Source: Deltaproteobacteria bacterium (GTDB lineage Bacteria; Myxococcota_A; UBA9160; UBA6930). From it: a DNA stretch of 64,000 nt. The notes below the pieces were generated by a model. That model was not told where the DNA came from and did no database searches. It saw only the letters and a program-made list of their open reading frames with translations. Both the position numbers and the translations under genes were made by a program. Location: the NCBI GenBank assembly GCA_029261815.1, contig JAJDAQ010000054.1, positions 155 through 64,154 on the forward strand, read 5' to 3'. Positions 34,916 to 43,765 of the stretch are shown piece by piece (position 1 is the stretch's first letter; each line of letters begins with the position of its first letter).

Positions 34916-37144
34916 ATGCGGTCGAGGCTCACTTTCCTACCGCTCATCCCGTGGCTCGCCGTCTGTGCCGCTCTGACAGTCGCACTCGCGCCGCTGAGTG
35001 CGCGCGCGGAGTCGCGCGCGCTGTTGATCGGCATCAACGAGTACGTTGCCGTGCCGGATCTGCGCGGTGCGCTCAACGACATCGAACTCGTGCGCGGCAT
35101 CCTGATCGATCGCTTCGGTTTCGCCGCATCCGACATCGAGATGATTGTCGACGATGACGCCACGCGAGAAGGAATCCTGCTCGGCCTCGATCGACTCGCC
35201 GAGCGGACGAACCCGGGCGATATCGTCTACCTCCACTACTCGGGCCACGGCTCACAGGTCGCCGACTTCGACGGCGACGAGGCCGATGGCCGTGACGAGA
35301 CGCTGATCGCCCAAGATGGTCGGACCCCGGGTGTTCCCGACATCACCGATGACGAACTGGGCGACAAGCTGGCCGCCATCCCCGCCGAGACGCTGGTCGT
35401 CGTCCTCGACTCCTGCCATTCCGGGACCGCGACCCGCAGCCTCGGCGCACTTAGCGTCGGCACGGACCTCCTCGGCGGTTTGCGGCCACGCTTCGTTCCC
35501 GCCGACGACCGACTCGATCTCTACCGTGGGCTCCGCCGCGACGGCACCCGGACCCGATCCGTCGTGCCTCTTGCCACGAGTGGACATGTCCTATTGACGG
35601 GCGCGGCCTTCAACGAGGAAGCACTGGACGGCCCGGTGGATTCCAAACTCCACGGCCTGTTCTCGTACGCGCTCGCCCAGACCCTGCGCCGTTCCGCGCC
35701 GGACGCGACGCCGTCTCAGGTGTTCAGCCAGGTCGGACGCGAGTTCGAGCGCATCCGGGCGCAGTTGAGCCTGCGCAAGATGCCGAACCCCCAGCTCGAG
35801 GCCGAGGCCGACCGGCTCGAAGCCCCGCTCTTCCCCGCCCCGTCGACCCCCGCGCCCGGCGCCCCGCCCGCCGATTTGGCGCGCCTCGCCTGGGTCGGCG
35901 CCTCGCCGTCAGGCGCCGGACGCGCCCGACTCGCGCGCGGCTTTGCCGAAGGGGCGACGTTGGGTGCCCTCTGGGCCATCTACCCTCCAGGCGAAACCCG
36001 CTTCGAGCCTGGCGCTGCACTCGCAGAGGCCGAGATCATCGAACGCGACGGCGCCGACGCCATCGCCCAGCTCGACCCGCTAGACGCCGAGGTGCCGAAC
36101 GGTGCGCGCGCCGTCGTGATCGCGCCGCCGCCCGCGGCCGGCGACATCCCCATCGTGATTGCCGGCGGGGAAGCATCGCGCGTCGAGGCGTTGCGGACGG
36201 CCCTTCAAACGCGACTGGAGACGCTCCGTTTCGTCGACTCCGATGAGTTCGCGCGCTTCGTCATCCGACTCGACGGCGACGAGTGGACGGTGACGGGTGC
36301 GGACGGATTGTTCGAAATCGCGCGCGTCGACGCGTCGGACGTGGCTGGTGCTGCCGATCGCCTCGCCCAACGCCTGGCCCGCTCGTTGACGGCCTCCGAA
36401 CTGCTCGCACTCGACAATCCATCCACCACGATCGACCTCGAACTAACCGTCGTGGCCGAGGAGCCGGCGACGCTTTCGCAAGGCGACGAGCGCGGAATGG
36501 TCCTGGTTGGCTCGAACGATTCCGCGCTGTTCCGCATCCGTCGCGATGGCGAGCCTCGATCGCGGCGCAACAGTCTCCAGTTGCGCGTTCGATCCTCTGT
36601 GGAGTGCTACCTGACCGTGGCCGATGTCGATTCGGAGGGCGGCGTCCACGTCCTGTTCCCCAATCGCTTCTCCGACGCGAAGGGATATTTCGAAGGCGGC
36701 CGACTCCCCGCCGAGCAGGAGTTGCTGATTCCCGACTCGCTCCAGTCCGGCAACGCAGCCGGATTCCACGTCGACTACGCACCGCCGGCTGGAACCGACA
36801 CGGTCCGCGCCTTCTGTTCCGAAGACGCGCGCGCCGCGGACGCGCTTCGCAGCGCGTTGGCGAGCCTCGACCCTTCTGGCAACACCGGCTCTCCGGCCGC
36901 TCGCGGAACTGGCTTCGATCGATTGCGACGTCAACTCGCCCGCCTGGCATCGCGCGGAATGAAGCTGGTACCGGACGAAGTCGCGGAACCGGTGCTCGCC
37001 GAAGCGACCCCAGAGGACGAAGCCGCCGCCCCGATTCCGGAGCCGCCGGTCACGGTCCCCGACGCCCCGGATGCGAGTCCCGACTCCCAGCGTTGGTTCG
37101 CGGACTGGACCGCTTCGTCGGTCACGATCGAGGTGCGGGAATGA
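34916..37144 (+). CDS. secreted caspase-family (peptidase C14) protein with C-terminal DUF4384-like domain
   Basis: ORF 34916..37144(+), with GGAGGA upstream. The signal peptide is LTFLPLIPWLAVCAALTVALAPLSARA. The dyad motifs are LHYSGHG and VVLDSCHSG. The C-terminal CYLTVADVDSEGGVHVLFPN...LLIPD...GTDTVRAFCSE is DUF4384-like. Confidence 0.85.
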   Translation: MRSRLTFLPLIPWLAVCAALTVALAPLSARAESRALLIGINEYVAVPDLRGALNDIELVRGILIDRFGFAASDIEMIVDDDATREGILLGLDRLAERTNPGDIVYLHYSGHGSQVADFDGDEADGRDETLIAQDGRTPGVPDITDDELGDKLAAIPAETLVVVLDSCHSGTATRSLGALSVGTDLLGGLRPRFVPADDRLDLYRGLRRDGTRTRSVVPLATSGHVLLTGAAFNEEALDGPVDSKLHGLFSYALAQTLRRSAPDATPSQVFSQVGREFERIRAQLSLRKMPNPQLEAEADRLEAPLFPAPSTPAPGAPPADLARLAWVGASPSGAGRARLARGFAEGATLGALWAIYPPGETRFEPGAALAEAEIIERDGADAIAQLDPLDAEVPNGARAVVIAPPPAAGDIPIVIAGGEASRVEALRTALQTRLETLRFVDSDEFARFVIRLDGDEWTVTGADGLFEIARVDASDVAGAADRLAQRLARSLTASELLALDNPSTTIDLELTVVAEEPATLSQGDERGMVLVGSNDSALFRIRRDGEPRSRRNSLQLRVRSSVECYLTVADVDSEGGVHVLFPNRFSDAKGYFEGGRLPAEQELLIPDSLQSGNAAGFHVDYAPPAGTDTVRAFCSEDARAADALRSALASLDPSGNTGSPAARGTGFDRLRRQLARLASRGMKLVPDEVAEPVLAEATPEDEAAAPIPEPPVTVPDAPDASPDSQRWFADWTASSVTIEVRE

Positions 37145-37650
37145 CTCCCGCTCGAGAGGTTCATGCAATGCATCGAAGACACTCCCTGCACGCGATCCTG
37201 GGCTGCGCCTTGCTCATGGCGAGCAGCTTCGCAGTCGGCTGCTCGTCGGGTGGCGGCGTTCAACCGGTCAGCCAGATGCGCTACGTCGACTCGCAGATCT
37301 GGGAGAAACAGCTCCAGGCATCGCTAGGCGCCGGGTTGCCGACGGTCAACGTCGCCTTCGCGGGCAAGGATGCCACGATGAGCAACATGCCCGAACGACT
37401 CGAGAAATGGTTGTTCGTGATCAACGAACGCGACGATGGCAACGTCCGCTTCGAGCCGGACCCCGGCTTCGCGGCACCAAAGAGCCCGATCGGCCTCGTG
37501 TTCACCGTCGGCATGCAGGCGTGGCGGCTGTTCTCGGAGTACGCGCACTACGCGCCGGCCGCGAATTACAATGCGCTGGTCTTCTACCACCCGACCGAGG
37601 CCTATCTGACCAAGGTCGTGTTCGTCCGCAAGGCCGGCGCGGATTCCTAG
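37141..37650 (+). CDS. probable lipoprotein, unknown family
   Basis: The 3' part of track ORF 36283..37650(+). ATG 37141 overlaps the caspase stop (ATGA); an alternative ATG is at 37168. The lipobox is MASSFAVGCSSGG. Confidence 0.6.
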   Translation: MTPAREVHAMHRRHSLHAILGCALLMASSFAVGCSSGGGVQPVSQMRYVDSQIWEKQLQASLGAGLPTVNVAFAGKDATMSNMPERLEKWLFVINERDDGNVRFEPDPGFAAPKSPIGLVFTVGMQAWRLFSEYAHYAPAANYNALVFYHPTEAYLTKVVFVRKAGADS

Positions 37651-37662
37651 CAGGAGATTCCC

Positions 37663-38931
37663 ATGCTTCGCGCATCCACCGATCCGACTCGTTCGCCCGC
37701 GGGACCCACCGGGCCGCGATCCAGTTTCTTTCGCCGAGCCGCGATCGTGACCATCGTCGCCCTATCCGTCGGCGCCGTTTCGTGCAGGAGCATCGAGAAA
37801 TCGCTGCCGTACCTCGTCGTGGCAGGCGGTGCAATCGCATCGGTCGTGGCGCTCAACTACCTGTCCGACTGCACGAGCGAATGGGCAGTATGCAGCGCCG
37901 ACCCCTTCACCGGCGAAGAAGTGCGCGACCTCGGGTACACCGAACAGGTCCTGATGATGATCGGGACGATCACCACCGTCGGGGGTGCTGCGGCCGATTA
38001 CTGGGTGGAGGCTCGCGAGAAGCAGCGCGAACTCGCGCGCCTCGACGAAGTCGAGCAGCGGGTCGAACAGGAGTACGCCCAACTACAGGGTGGACCGCCG
38101 GTTTCGGCGTGGGGTGCGCCGCCGCAGGCGTCGCCCGGCGCGACCCGCTGGGGCCAGGCGCCGAGCCAGAACCCGGGTTACGGATGGGCCCAGGCCCAGC
38201 CGAACCCGCAGGGAGCACCGCCCTACGGAGGTCCGCCCGGCAGCGGCGCACCGGGCGCGGGTGCGCAGGCAATGCCACCGCAAGCCGGCGGACCGCCGCA
38301 CGGAATGCCCAAGGGCGTCCAGCCGCGGAGCTTCTCGGAACCGATGGCCATCGACACCGCGCTACTCAAACGCGCCGGGAACCAGGCCATTCCGGTTCCG
38401 GACAACGACATCCTGTTCGATGGCATTGGCGAGTCGATCCGGGACGAATTCCGCGTGCTCTTCAGCCCCAACCAGGAAGCCTGGGTCTACGTCGTCGGAA
38501 TCGACGCGGTCGGACGTGCGCAGCCGCTCTACCCCCAACGCTTCCCGGACGACAGCAATCCGATCCGCCCGGGTGAAAAGGTCCTGCTGCCCAGCGGCGA
38601 CGACTGGTACGGGCTCGATCAGTACACGGGGCTCCAGCACGTCTACTTCTATGTCAGCCCGGAACGGGACGAGAACCTGGAGAAGCAATTCGCGGTGCTC
38701 GCGTCGAAGCCGCCGCCCGAACCCTCGCGCGTCAACGGACAGGTGTTCTACGTCGATACGCCGACGGTGCTCCAGTACGGCCGCACGCGAACCAAGGGAC
38801 TGGTCCTGCCGACCGCGGGCTCGGCCCTGCGAATTCCCGGCGACGCGGCCATCGAGATTCCGACGGCCCGGGTCACGGGTACGGTGCCGGGTGAACCCAT
38901 CGTCGCGACCCGGGTCTTCCAGCACCAATAG
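37663..38931 (+). CDS. membrane protein with Gly/Pro/Gln-rich linker and C-terminal DUF4384-like domain
   Basis: ORF 37663..38931(+), with AGGAG upstream. Has hydrophobic helices near the N-terminus and a low-complexity PQ/G-rich linker. The C-terminal AWVYVVGIDAVGRAQPLYPQ...VLLPSGDDWYGLD...HVYFYVSPE is DUF4384-like. Confidence 0.7.
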   Translation: MLRASTDPTRSPAGPTGPRSSFFRRAAIVTIVALSVGAVSCRSIEKSLPYLVVAGGAIASVVALNYLSDCTSEWAVCSADPFTGEEVRDLGYTEQVLMMIGTITTVGGAAADYWVEAREKQRELARLDEVEQRVEQEYAQLQGGPPVSAWGAPPQASPGATRWGQAPSQNPGYGWAQAQPNPQGAPPYGGPPGSGAPGAGAQAMPPQAGGPPHGMPKGVQPRSFSEPMAIDTALLKRAGNQAIPVPDNDILFDGIGESIRDEFRVLFSPNQEAWVYVVGIDAVGRAQPLYPQRFPDDSNPIRPGEKVLLPSGDDWYGLDQYTGLQHVYFYVSPERDENLEKQFAVLASKPPPEPSRVNGQVFYVDTPTVLQYGRTRTKGLVLPTAGSALRIPGDAAIEIPTARVTGTVPGEPIVATRVFQHQ

Positions 38932-38942
38932 GTTCGTCGGCC

Positions 38943-40307
38943 GTGTCCAATGGAGTCGCCAGCGGCCGCGGTCGGATCATCGCAGAGACCCTGCTCTATG
39001 TGACCGCTGGGATTCTCGCCGTCGTCATGCTTCGTGCACTCGACGATTGGCCGTGGTTCCAAACCCAGCAAGATCGCGTCATGGACTGGATGATCTCGAT
39101 TCACGCGGGAACGGACCCACTCGGCTACGAAGGCCCGCCGTTCGTGTTCATCGACATCGACGAACGCACGCACCGTGAGTGGGGAGAGCCGCATCGGGTT
39201 CCGCGACTTCCGCTCGCCGACATGATCCAACAGGCCAGCGCAGCGAACGCGGCCGCGATCCTCGTGGACATCGACCTGAGCGGCGCGCGCACCCCCGCAG
39301 ACGTGCCGCTCGAACGAGCGCTCGAGCAGGTCGGCAACGGACCGGTTCACGTCCTGCTGGCCCGCACCTTCCGATTGCCCCTCGGCGCGGGGAAGAGCAA
39401 CTCCCTCGAAGAACGCGCCTCGTTCCTGGATCCACTCGCGGCATCGGCGCCGTTCGTGAGTTTCGCGTCGACCCTTTTCGGACGGGAAGACGATTGGATG
39501 ATCCGGCGCTATCGGTCCTTCGAGCCGACGTGCACGGCTGGCGTGCCCAATGTCATACCGGCCATGCATCTCGTGGCCGCCGCGATCCTGCTGGAACCGG
39601 CCGAGGGTCAGGACCGCGTAACGGAACTGCTGAAAGGCCAGCTTCCGGTGTGCGACGGCAGCATGCGGGCGGCACCTCCGCGCGCATCCGCCACCTTCGG
39701 CGATGTCGAAGTCACCGTGCCGAGCGACCGCATGTCGCGCCGCATCCTTTATGGGGCCATGCTCTCCAGCCCCGCCGGGGGCTTTCGAGCGCCCGACATA
39801 CGGTTCCGCGGTGCGCAGGTGCCGCTGTTTACACGTGTCTCGGCTGGCGCCCTCTTCGGCGCTTCGCGCATCGACCCGGCGATGCTCGAGGGTCGGATCG
39901 TCATGATCGGCGCGAGCCACGCCGACAGCCGAGATGTCCACCGGACCCCGGTCGGCGATCTGCCCGGCGCCGTGGTCCTGATGAACGCGACCTACTCATT
40001 GATGCGTTTCGGCGGGCTCCGCGTCCCACCAGGCTGGCTGTTCCTTGCGGCCCAGGTCATCGTGATCGCGGCCCTGAGTTTTCTCTTCGCTCGCTTCAGT
40101 CTCTACTGGGCGGCCCTGCTCGGCCCGGTGATCATTGCGGTACTCATGGTCCCGCTGTCATTGTGGTTGTTCCGGCGCGGCCTCTGGCTCGACGTCGCGA
40201 TCCCGTTGGTGATCGTGCAGAGTTTTACGCTGCTCCAGAAACACTCCGCCCAGTTCCGACGCATGCGCGATGCGGCACGACAGGCCAACGAGAAGGAGGC
40301 GCAGTGA
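38943..40307 (+). CDS. CHASE2 domain membrane protein without recognisable output domain
   Basis: ORF 38943..40307(+), with a GTG start. Has an N-terminal TM helix and a periplasmic CHASE2-like region (FVFIDIDERT, ILVDIDLSG, IVMIGASHADSRDVHRTPVG). Three C-terminal TM helices follow, then only a tail of about 20 aa. Confidence 0.7.
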   Translation: MSNGVASGRGRIIAETLLYVTAGILAVVMLRALDDWPWFQTQQDRVMDWMISIHAGTDPLGYEGPPFVFIDIDERTHREWGEPHRVPRLPLADMIQQASAANAAAILVDIDLSGARTPADVPLERALEQVGNGPVHVLLARTFRLPLGAGKSNSLEERASFLDPLAASAPFVSFASTLFGREDDWMIRRYRSFEPTCTAGVPNVIPAMHLVAAAILLEPAEGQDRVTELLKGQLPVCDGSMRAAPPRASATFGDVEVTVPSDRMSRRILYGAMLSSPAGGFRAPDIRFRGAQVPLFTRVSAGALFGASRIDPAMLEGRIVMIGASHADSRDVHRTPVGDLPGAVVLMNATYSLMRFGGLRVPPGWLFLAAQVIVIAALSFLFARFSLYWAALLGPVIIAVLMVPLSLWLFRRGLWLDVAIPLVIVQSFTLLQKHSAQFRRMRDAARQANEKEAQ

Positions 40308-41227
40308 AGTTTCTCCTTCCGTTTCTTGCCCTGGCATTGCTCGGCGCGACGGCCGCCAGCGCCGAACGCGTGCAGACGGGCTTCGTAGAGGGCTTCGACG
40401 GTTCGGCCGACGGGTATGCGATCGAACGCGGAACGGAATCGATCCGGGTTTCGGTGCTGACGCCGGTCGAGGTCGGCGACCAGATCAGGGTGCACGAGGA
40501 CGACGGCGCGATCCGGCTGATGCTCGGCGGGACGCGCTCAACGCTGATTCAACACGCCCAGGACGGCTTCGTGGTGCGCGGGGGCGAGCGTGGCGCGACC
40601 GTACTGGGCAACCTCGCCGACTGGTTGTTCGCGTGGGCGGTCCCGTCCAACGCCCCGGGGTCAAACATGCGTGTGTCGTTGACGACGCGGGGCCTCCAGG
40701 AACTCGAGAGCCAACTCTGTGACCCAGAGGTGATCCAACAAATTCGCGCCGGCCGCGACACCATGCGAGTCGCCTGGTCCGGTGGCGTCCTCCCGATCCG
40801 CGTCGAGTTGTGGGAGGGCGAAACCCTTCGCTCACTCACGACGTCGTTCGACGCCGCCCGCGCACTCCTGGCCTTTCCTCGCGCCCAGGTCTCCGGGCCG
40901 AGAGAAATCCGGATCGTCGACGCGAGCGGCCAGCAGATCTCCTGGCAAGTGGCCGAAGTCGCCGCCGGTGTCCAAAGGCCGCTTGCGCTCGAGTCCAATG
41001 GGCTCCCCCCAGTCGAACGAATCATGGGGGCGCTCGAACGCCTGGCGGAAGGTGGTGCTGCCGCCCGACTCGAGGCGTATCAGGAGTTCTCCGAGATGTC
41101 CGGATCCTACCCGCCCGCAGCGGTCCTCCTCGATGCGCTCGAGGCGGGCCGAAGCCCGAACCGACCTCCCCCTTGGGCCAACGGCGAGGAACGGTCCCTC
41201 AATCGAGAGACGTCTCCCAGACCGTGA
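40304..41227 (+). CDS. secreted protein with FecR-like N-terminal beta domain
   Basis: The 3' part of track ORF 39179..41227(+). GTG 40304 lies after AAGGAGG and overlaps the CHASE2 stop (GTGA). The signal peptide is KFLLPFLALALLGATAASA. GFVEGFDGSADGYAIERG...VEVGDQIRVHEDDGAIRLMLGG fits the FecR-domain pattern. Confidence 0.5.
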   Translation: MKFLLPFLALALLGATAASAERVQTGFVEGFDGSADGYAIERGTESIRVSVLTPVEVGDQIRVHEDDGAIRLMLGGTRSTLIQHAQDGFVVRGGERGATVLGNLADWLFAWAVPSNAPGSNMRVSLTTRGLQELESQLCDPEVIQQIRAGRDTMRVAWSGGVLPIRVELWEGETLRSLTTSFDAARALLAFPRAQVSGPREIRIVDASGQQISWQVAEVAAGVQRPLALESNGLPPVERIMGALERLAEGGAAARLEAYQEFSEMSGSYPPAAVLLDALEAGRSPNRPPPWANGEERSLNRETSPRP

Positions 41228-42863
41228 AGAAGGACTCTTCGTGCACGGGCGCCACGGTCTGTCCGTCCCGGTCCACGAGGAACGCACCGTGGGTGCCCGC
41301 AAATAGCAATGGCATCCGAAGCCGCGTGGCGTGCAGGATCGCGGCCCTGCGGAATTGCTCGATCGCGACGGTGGAGGCGCCGAAACCATCCAGGTCCGAT
41401 GGAACGACGAGCAAGTCGGCATCGCCGCGTGAGATACCGCGGCGCTGAAAGATGCCGGGGACCAGGATCTCCCAGCACAGCGCGGATCCCGCACGTCGTC
41501 CGGCATCCAACGAGATCGTGCCCTGGGTCCGCTCTGCGACGAGTTGGGTATAGGAACGGCCCATGACCCGCTCCGAGATCCAATGGCCCAGGCCAGCAAG
41601 ACCGGCTTGATCCTGGAACAACGCCGACTCACCGAGCGGCGCGAAGACCAGTTTGTCGACCGGGTCGGCGCAGGTCAGGCGCCGACCCGCATCCACCGAC
41701 AGACGGCACGCGACGTTGCGCATCTCGCGAACCCACACCCGTTCCCGAACCAGCGCGAAGGCACCAGCGACGACGGACATCGATCCGGGCCGGAAGGGCG
41801 GCGCGGAATCGAGTTCGCGCGGCCCGAGTTTGACGCTGTACTCCGGCAGAACGACGATCTCGCAATCGAGGCCATGCTCGGCTCGTTGCAGGAGCGCCGA
41901 GACGGCGACGTGCCCGCCCCCATCGAATGCCGCACTCCCTTGCTCGACCCGGAATGGATCCGATACCGCACACACGCGGACCTCACCCGGCGCGCGGGCC
42001 GACGCATCGGCGCCCGGCCGGACGCCGGCCGCCCGAGGAGCGAACCACGCGAGGACCATGCCCAACGCGAAGACGCCGGCGAGGCTGCGCACGAGCCCCC
42101 ATCCTGCCGCGTGTCTCAGGAGCAGCGCAGTCACCAGCCCAATCGTCGCGACGGCGAGGCCCTGCAACCATTCGCCCCCCGCGCCGTCGAAGAGCGCGGC
42201 CAGCGGAAGGAGTCCACTCTCGGCGGTGGCGTGGGCAAGGAAAAGTCCTGGCAGGGGCGGATCCATCCAACCGCCGCGCACCCAATCGATGAAGGCCCAG
42301 AGCACGGGCGCCGCCCCTAGTGCGGCACCGCGTTGCGCCAGGCTACGCGTCGCACCTCCTGCAAACGCCCATAGGACGGCCGCGATCAGTCCCGTTGCCA
42401 GGGCCGGAAAAGCCGGCCGATCGAAGTAGTGGAAGATCCAAGCCGCGGAGCCCAGGATCTGGCCGGCTCCGGCGAGGCCCGCGAGCAGCGCCGCATCGCG
42501 GATTCGCCGAGCGCCCAGGATCGCCATGAACAGCGGCGCGATCATGAATGGAGTGAGCAGTGCAGGAGCGAGCGGCAGCTGTGCCCAGGCCGGAATCGAG
42601 ACCGCCAGCCACTCCAGCAAGGCACGCAACGTCGCCCCGCGGAGCGCGAAGAGCACGGCCAGCGAAGCGAACTGGATCGACACCATCCGCTGCGCGAGCG
42701 TCACGTCGCCGGCGGCGAGGCCGACCATTCCGCCGTCAGCTCGGGGAAAGCCCAGCGCCGCCGCGAAACCGAGAACCGCGGCTCCGACGCAAACGAACCG
42801 AAGCGCCCGGCCGCGAGAGCCCGGACCGGGCGCGATGGATTCGGAGCCCTCTACTGGCTGCAC
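41199..42863 (-). CDS. apolipoprotein N-acyltransferase (Lnt)-like polytopic CN-hydrolase protein
   Basis: ORF 41199..43127(-). Has multiple N-terminal TM helices and then a nitrilase-type domain. Candidate E/K/C catalytic residues lie in VVLPEYS, DKLVFAPLGE and SALCWEIL. The start is uncertain: GTG 42863 (would include the first TM helix) or ATG 42728. No C-terminal TM helix is visible. Confidence 0.55.
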   Translation of the reverse strand: MQPVEGSESIAPGPGSRGRALRFVCVGAAVLGFAAALGFPRADGGMVGLAAGDVTLAQRMVSIQFASLAVLFALRGATLRALLEWLAVSIPAWAQLPLAPALLTPFMIAPLFMAILGARRIRDAALLAGLAGAGQILGSAAWIFHYFDRPAFPALATGLIAAVLWAFAGGATRSLAQRGAALGAAPVLWAFIDWVRGGWMDPPLPGLFLAHATAESGLLPLAALFDGAGGEWLQGLAVATIGLVTALLLRHAAGWGLVRSLAGVFALGMVLAWFAPRAAGVRPGADASARAPGEVRVCAVSDPFRVEQGSAAFDGGGHVAVSALLQRAEHGLDCEIVVLPEYSVKLGPRELDSAPPFRPGSMSVVAGAFALVRERVWVREMRNVACRLSVDAGRRLTCADPVDKLVFAPLGESALFQDQAGLAGLGHWISERVMGRSYTQLVAERTQGTISLDAGRRAGSALCWEILVPGIFQRRGISRGDADLLVVPSDLDGFGASTVAIEQFRRAAILHATRLRMPLLFAGTHGAFLVDRDGQTVAPVHEESFFTVWETSLD

Positions 42864-43690
42864 ACACGGGTGCAGGGCGGGCAGAGTTCCCCCGCTGCAC
42901 TGTTCATCGCAGTCGCGCAGGCGGCCCCGATCCCGGTGCCCCCGCCCCAACCGCTGCTCCAGGACTTCCCGGCGCCCGCCGTCACCGACGCTCCTACCTT
43001 GACCTCGCCCTCGGCAACGAACGGAACGCCCGCCTTCCCGCTGACCTCGGTCGAGATCGTTGCGGAGCCCGAGATGCTCTTCTGTACCGATTCGTTCGGA
43101 TGGCTCACGATGTAGCCCTCGACGCACGAATCTACCTGAGGTCCGCTGCAGACAGATCGAACCACGCGCATCTGGCCCGTCACCGGGTCTTGCCGTGTGA
43201 CGTCACTGCACTCGAGATCGGCGCGCGTGTAGTTCAGACGCCGACCGGCCCAGTCGAACACACCCACGTCTTGGAAGGGGGTGCAGGAAGTCCTGGCGGC
43301 TGCTCGACCATTTTCAACGCAGTCCCGACGCGCTCGCTGCAGGATGTCGCTGCACTGTGCGCGTCGTTCCTCACAGATCTCGCACTCGGATCCGCAGTAC
43401 CAATTGCCGGTGTCCGGATCCTGGTGGATCACACCCGCCGGGCAGCTGAGGTCGGGACCCGTCGGCGTGGGCTCGGCCGCCGGCTCAGGGCAGTACCAGC
43501 CGTCGCTGTGAAAGTACGGCTCCTCCATCCCGCAAGAGATGTTGACCGGCGGCGCACACACCCAACTCTCGCTGGCCTCGTCGTACGCCTCCGGGTAGTC
43601 GGGAGAACACGTCTGCTGCGCGAGCGCACCACTGGCACCCACCATGCACATGAACAAGGCCGCGGTCACGGCCATCAACAATCGAGTCAT
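42851..43690 (-). CDS. secreted cysteine-rich protein, unknown family
   Basis: ORF 42851..43702(-). The start is ATG 43690, after GGGAGAA. The signal peptide is MTRLLMAVTAALFMCMVGASGALA. The mature protein has 18 Cys, and its C-terminal third is Gly/Ser/Ala-rich. Confidence 0.7.
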   Translation of the reverse strand: MTRLLMAVTAALFMCMVGASGALAQQTCSPDYPEAYDEASESWVCAPPVNISCGMEEPYFHSDGWYCPEPAAEPTPTGPDLSCPAGVIHQDPDTGNWYCGSECEICEERRAQCSDILQRARRDCVENGRAAARTSCTPFQDVGVFDWAGRRLNYTRADLECSDVTRQDPVTGQMRVVRSVCSGPQVDSCVEGYIVSHPNESVQKSISGSATISTEVSGKAGVPFVAEGEVKVGASVTAGAGKSWSSGWGGGTGIGAACATAMNSAAGELCPPCTRVCSQ

Positions 43691-43765
43691 CGGTTCTCCC
43701 ATTCTTCGTTTCTTTGTGGGCTGGCCACGCGTATCGGTCTAAGGCCATCCGGCGATGGCCTGTTT

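Noticed and set aside
41199-41227. The 29-nt overlap of the convergent 3' ends of the FecR-like and Lnt-like genes, considered as an annotation error.
   Set aside because: Both reading frames are supported up to their stops by continuous coding-like sequence. Short convergent overlaps occur in compact high-GC genomes. No functional claim is made.
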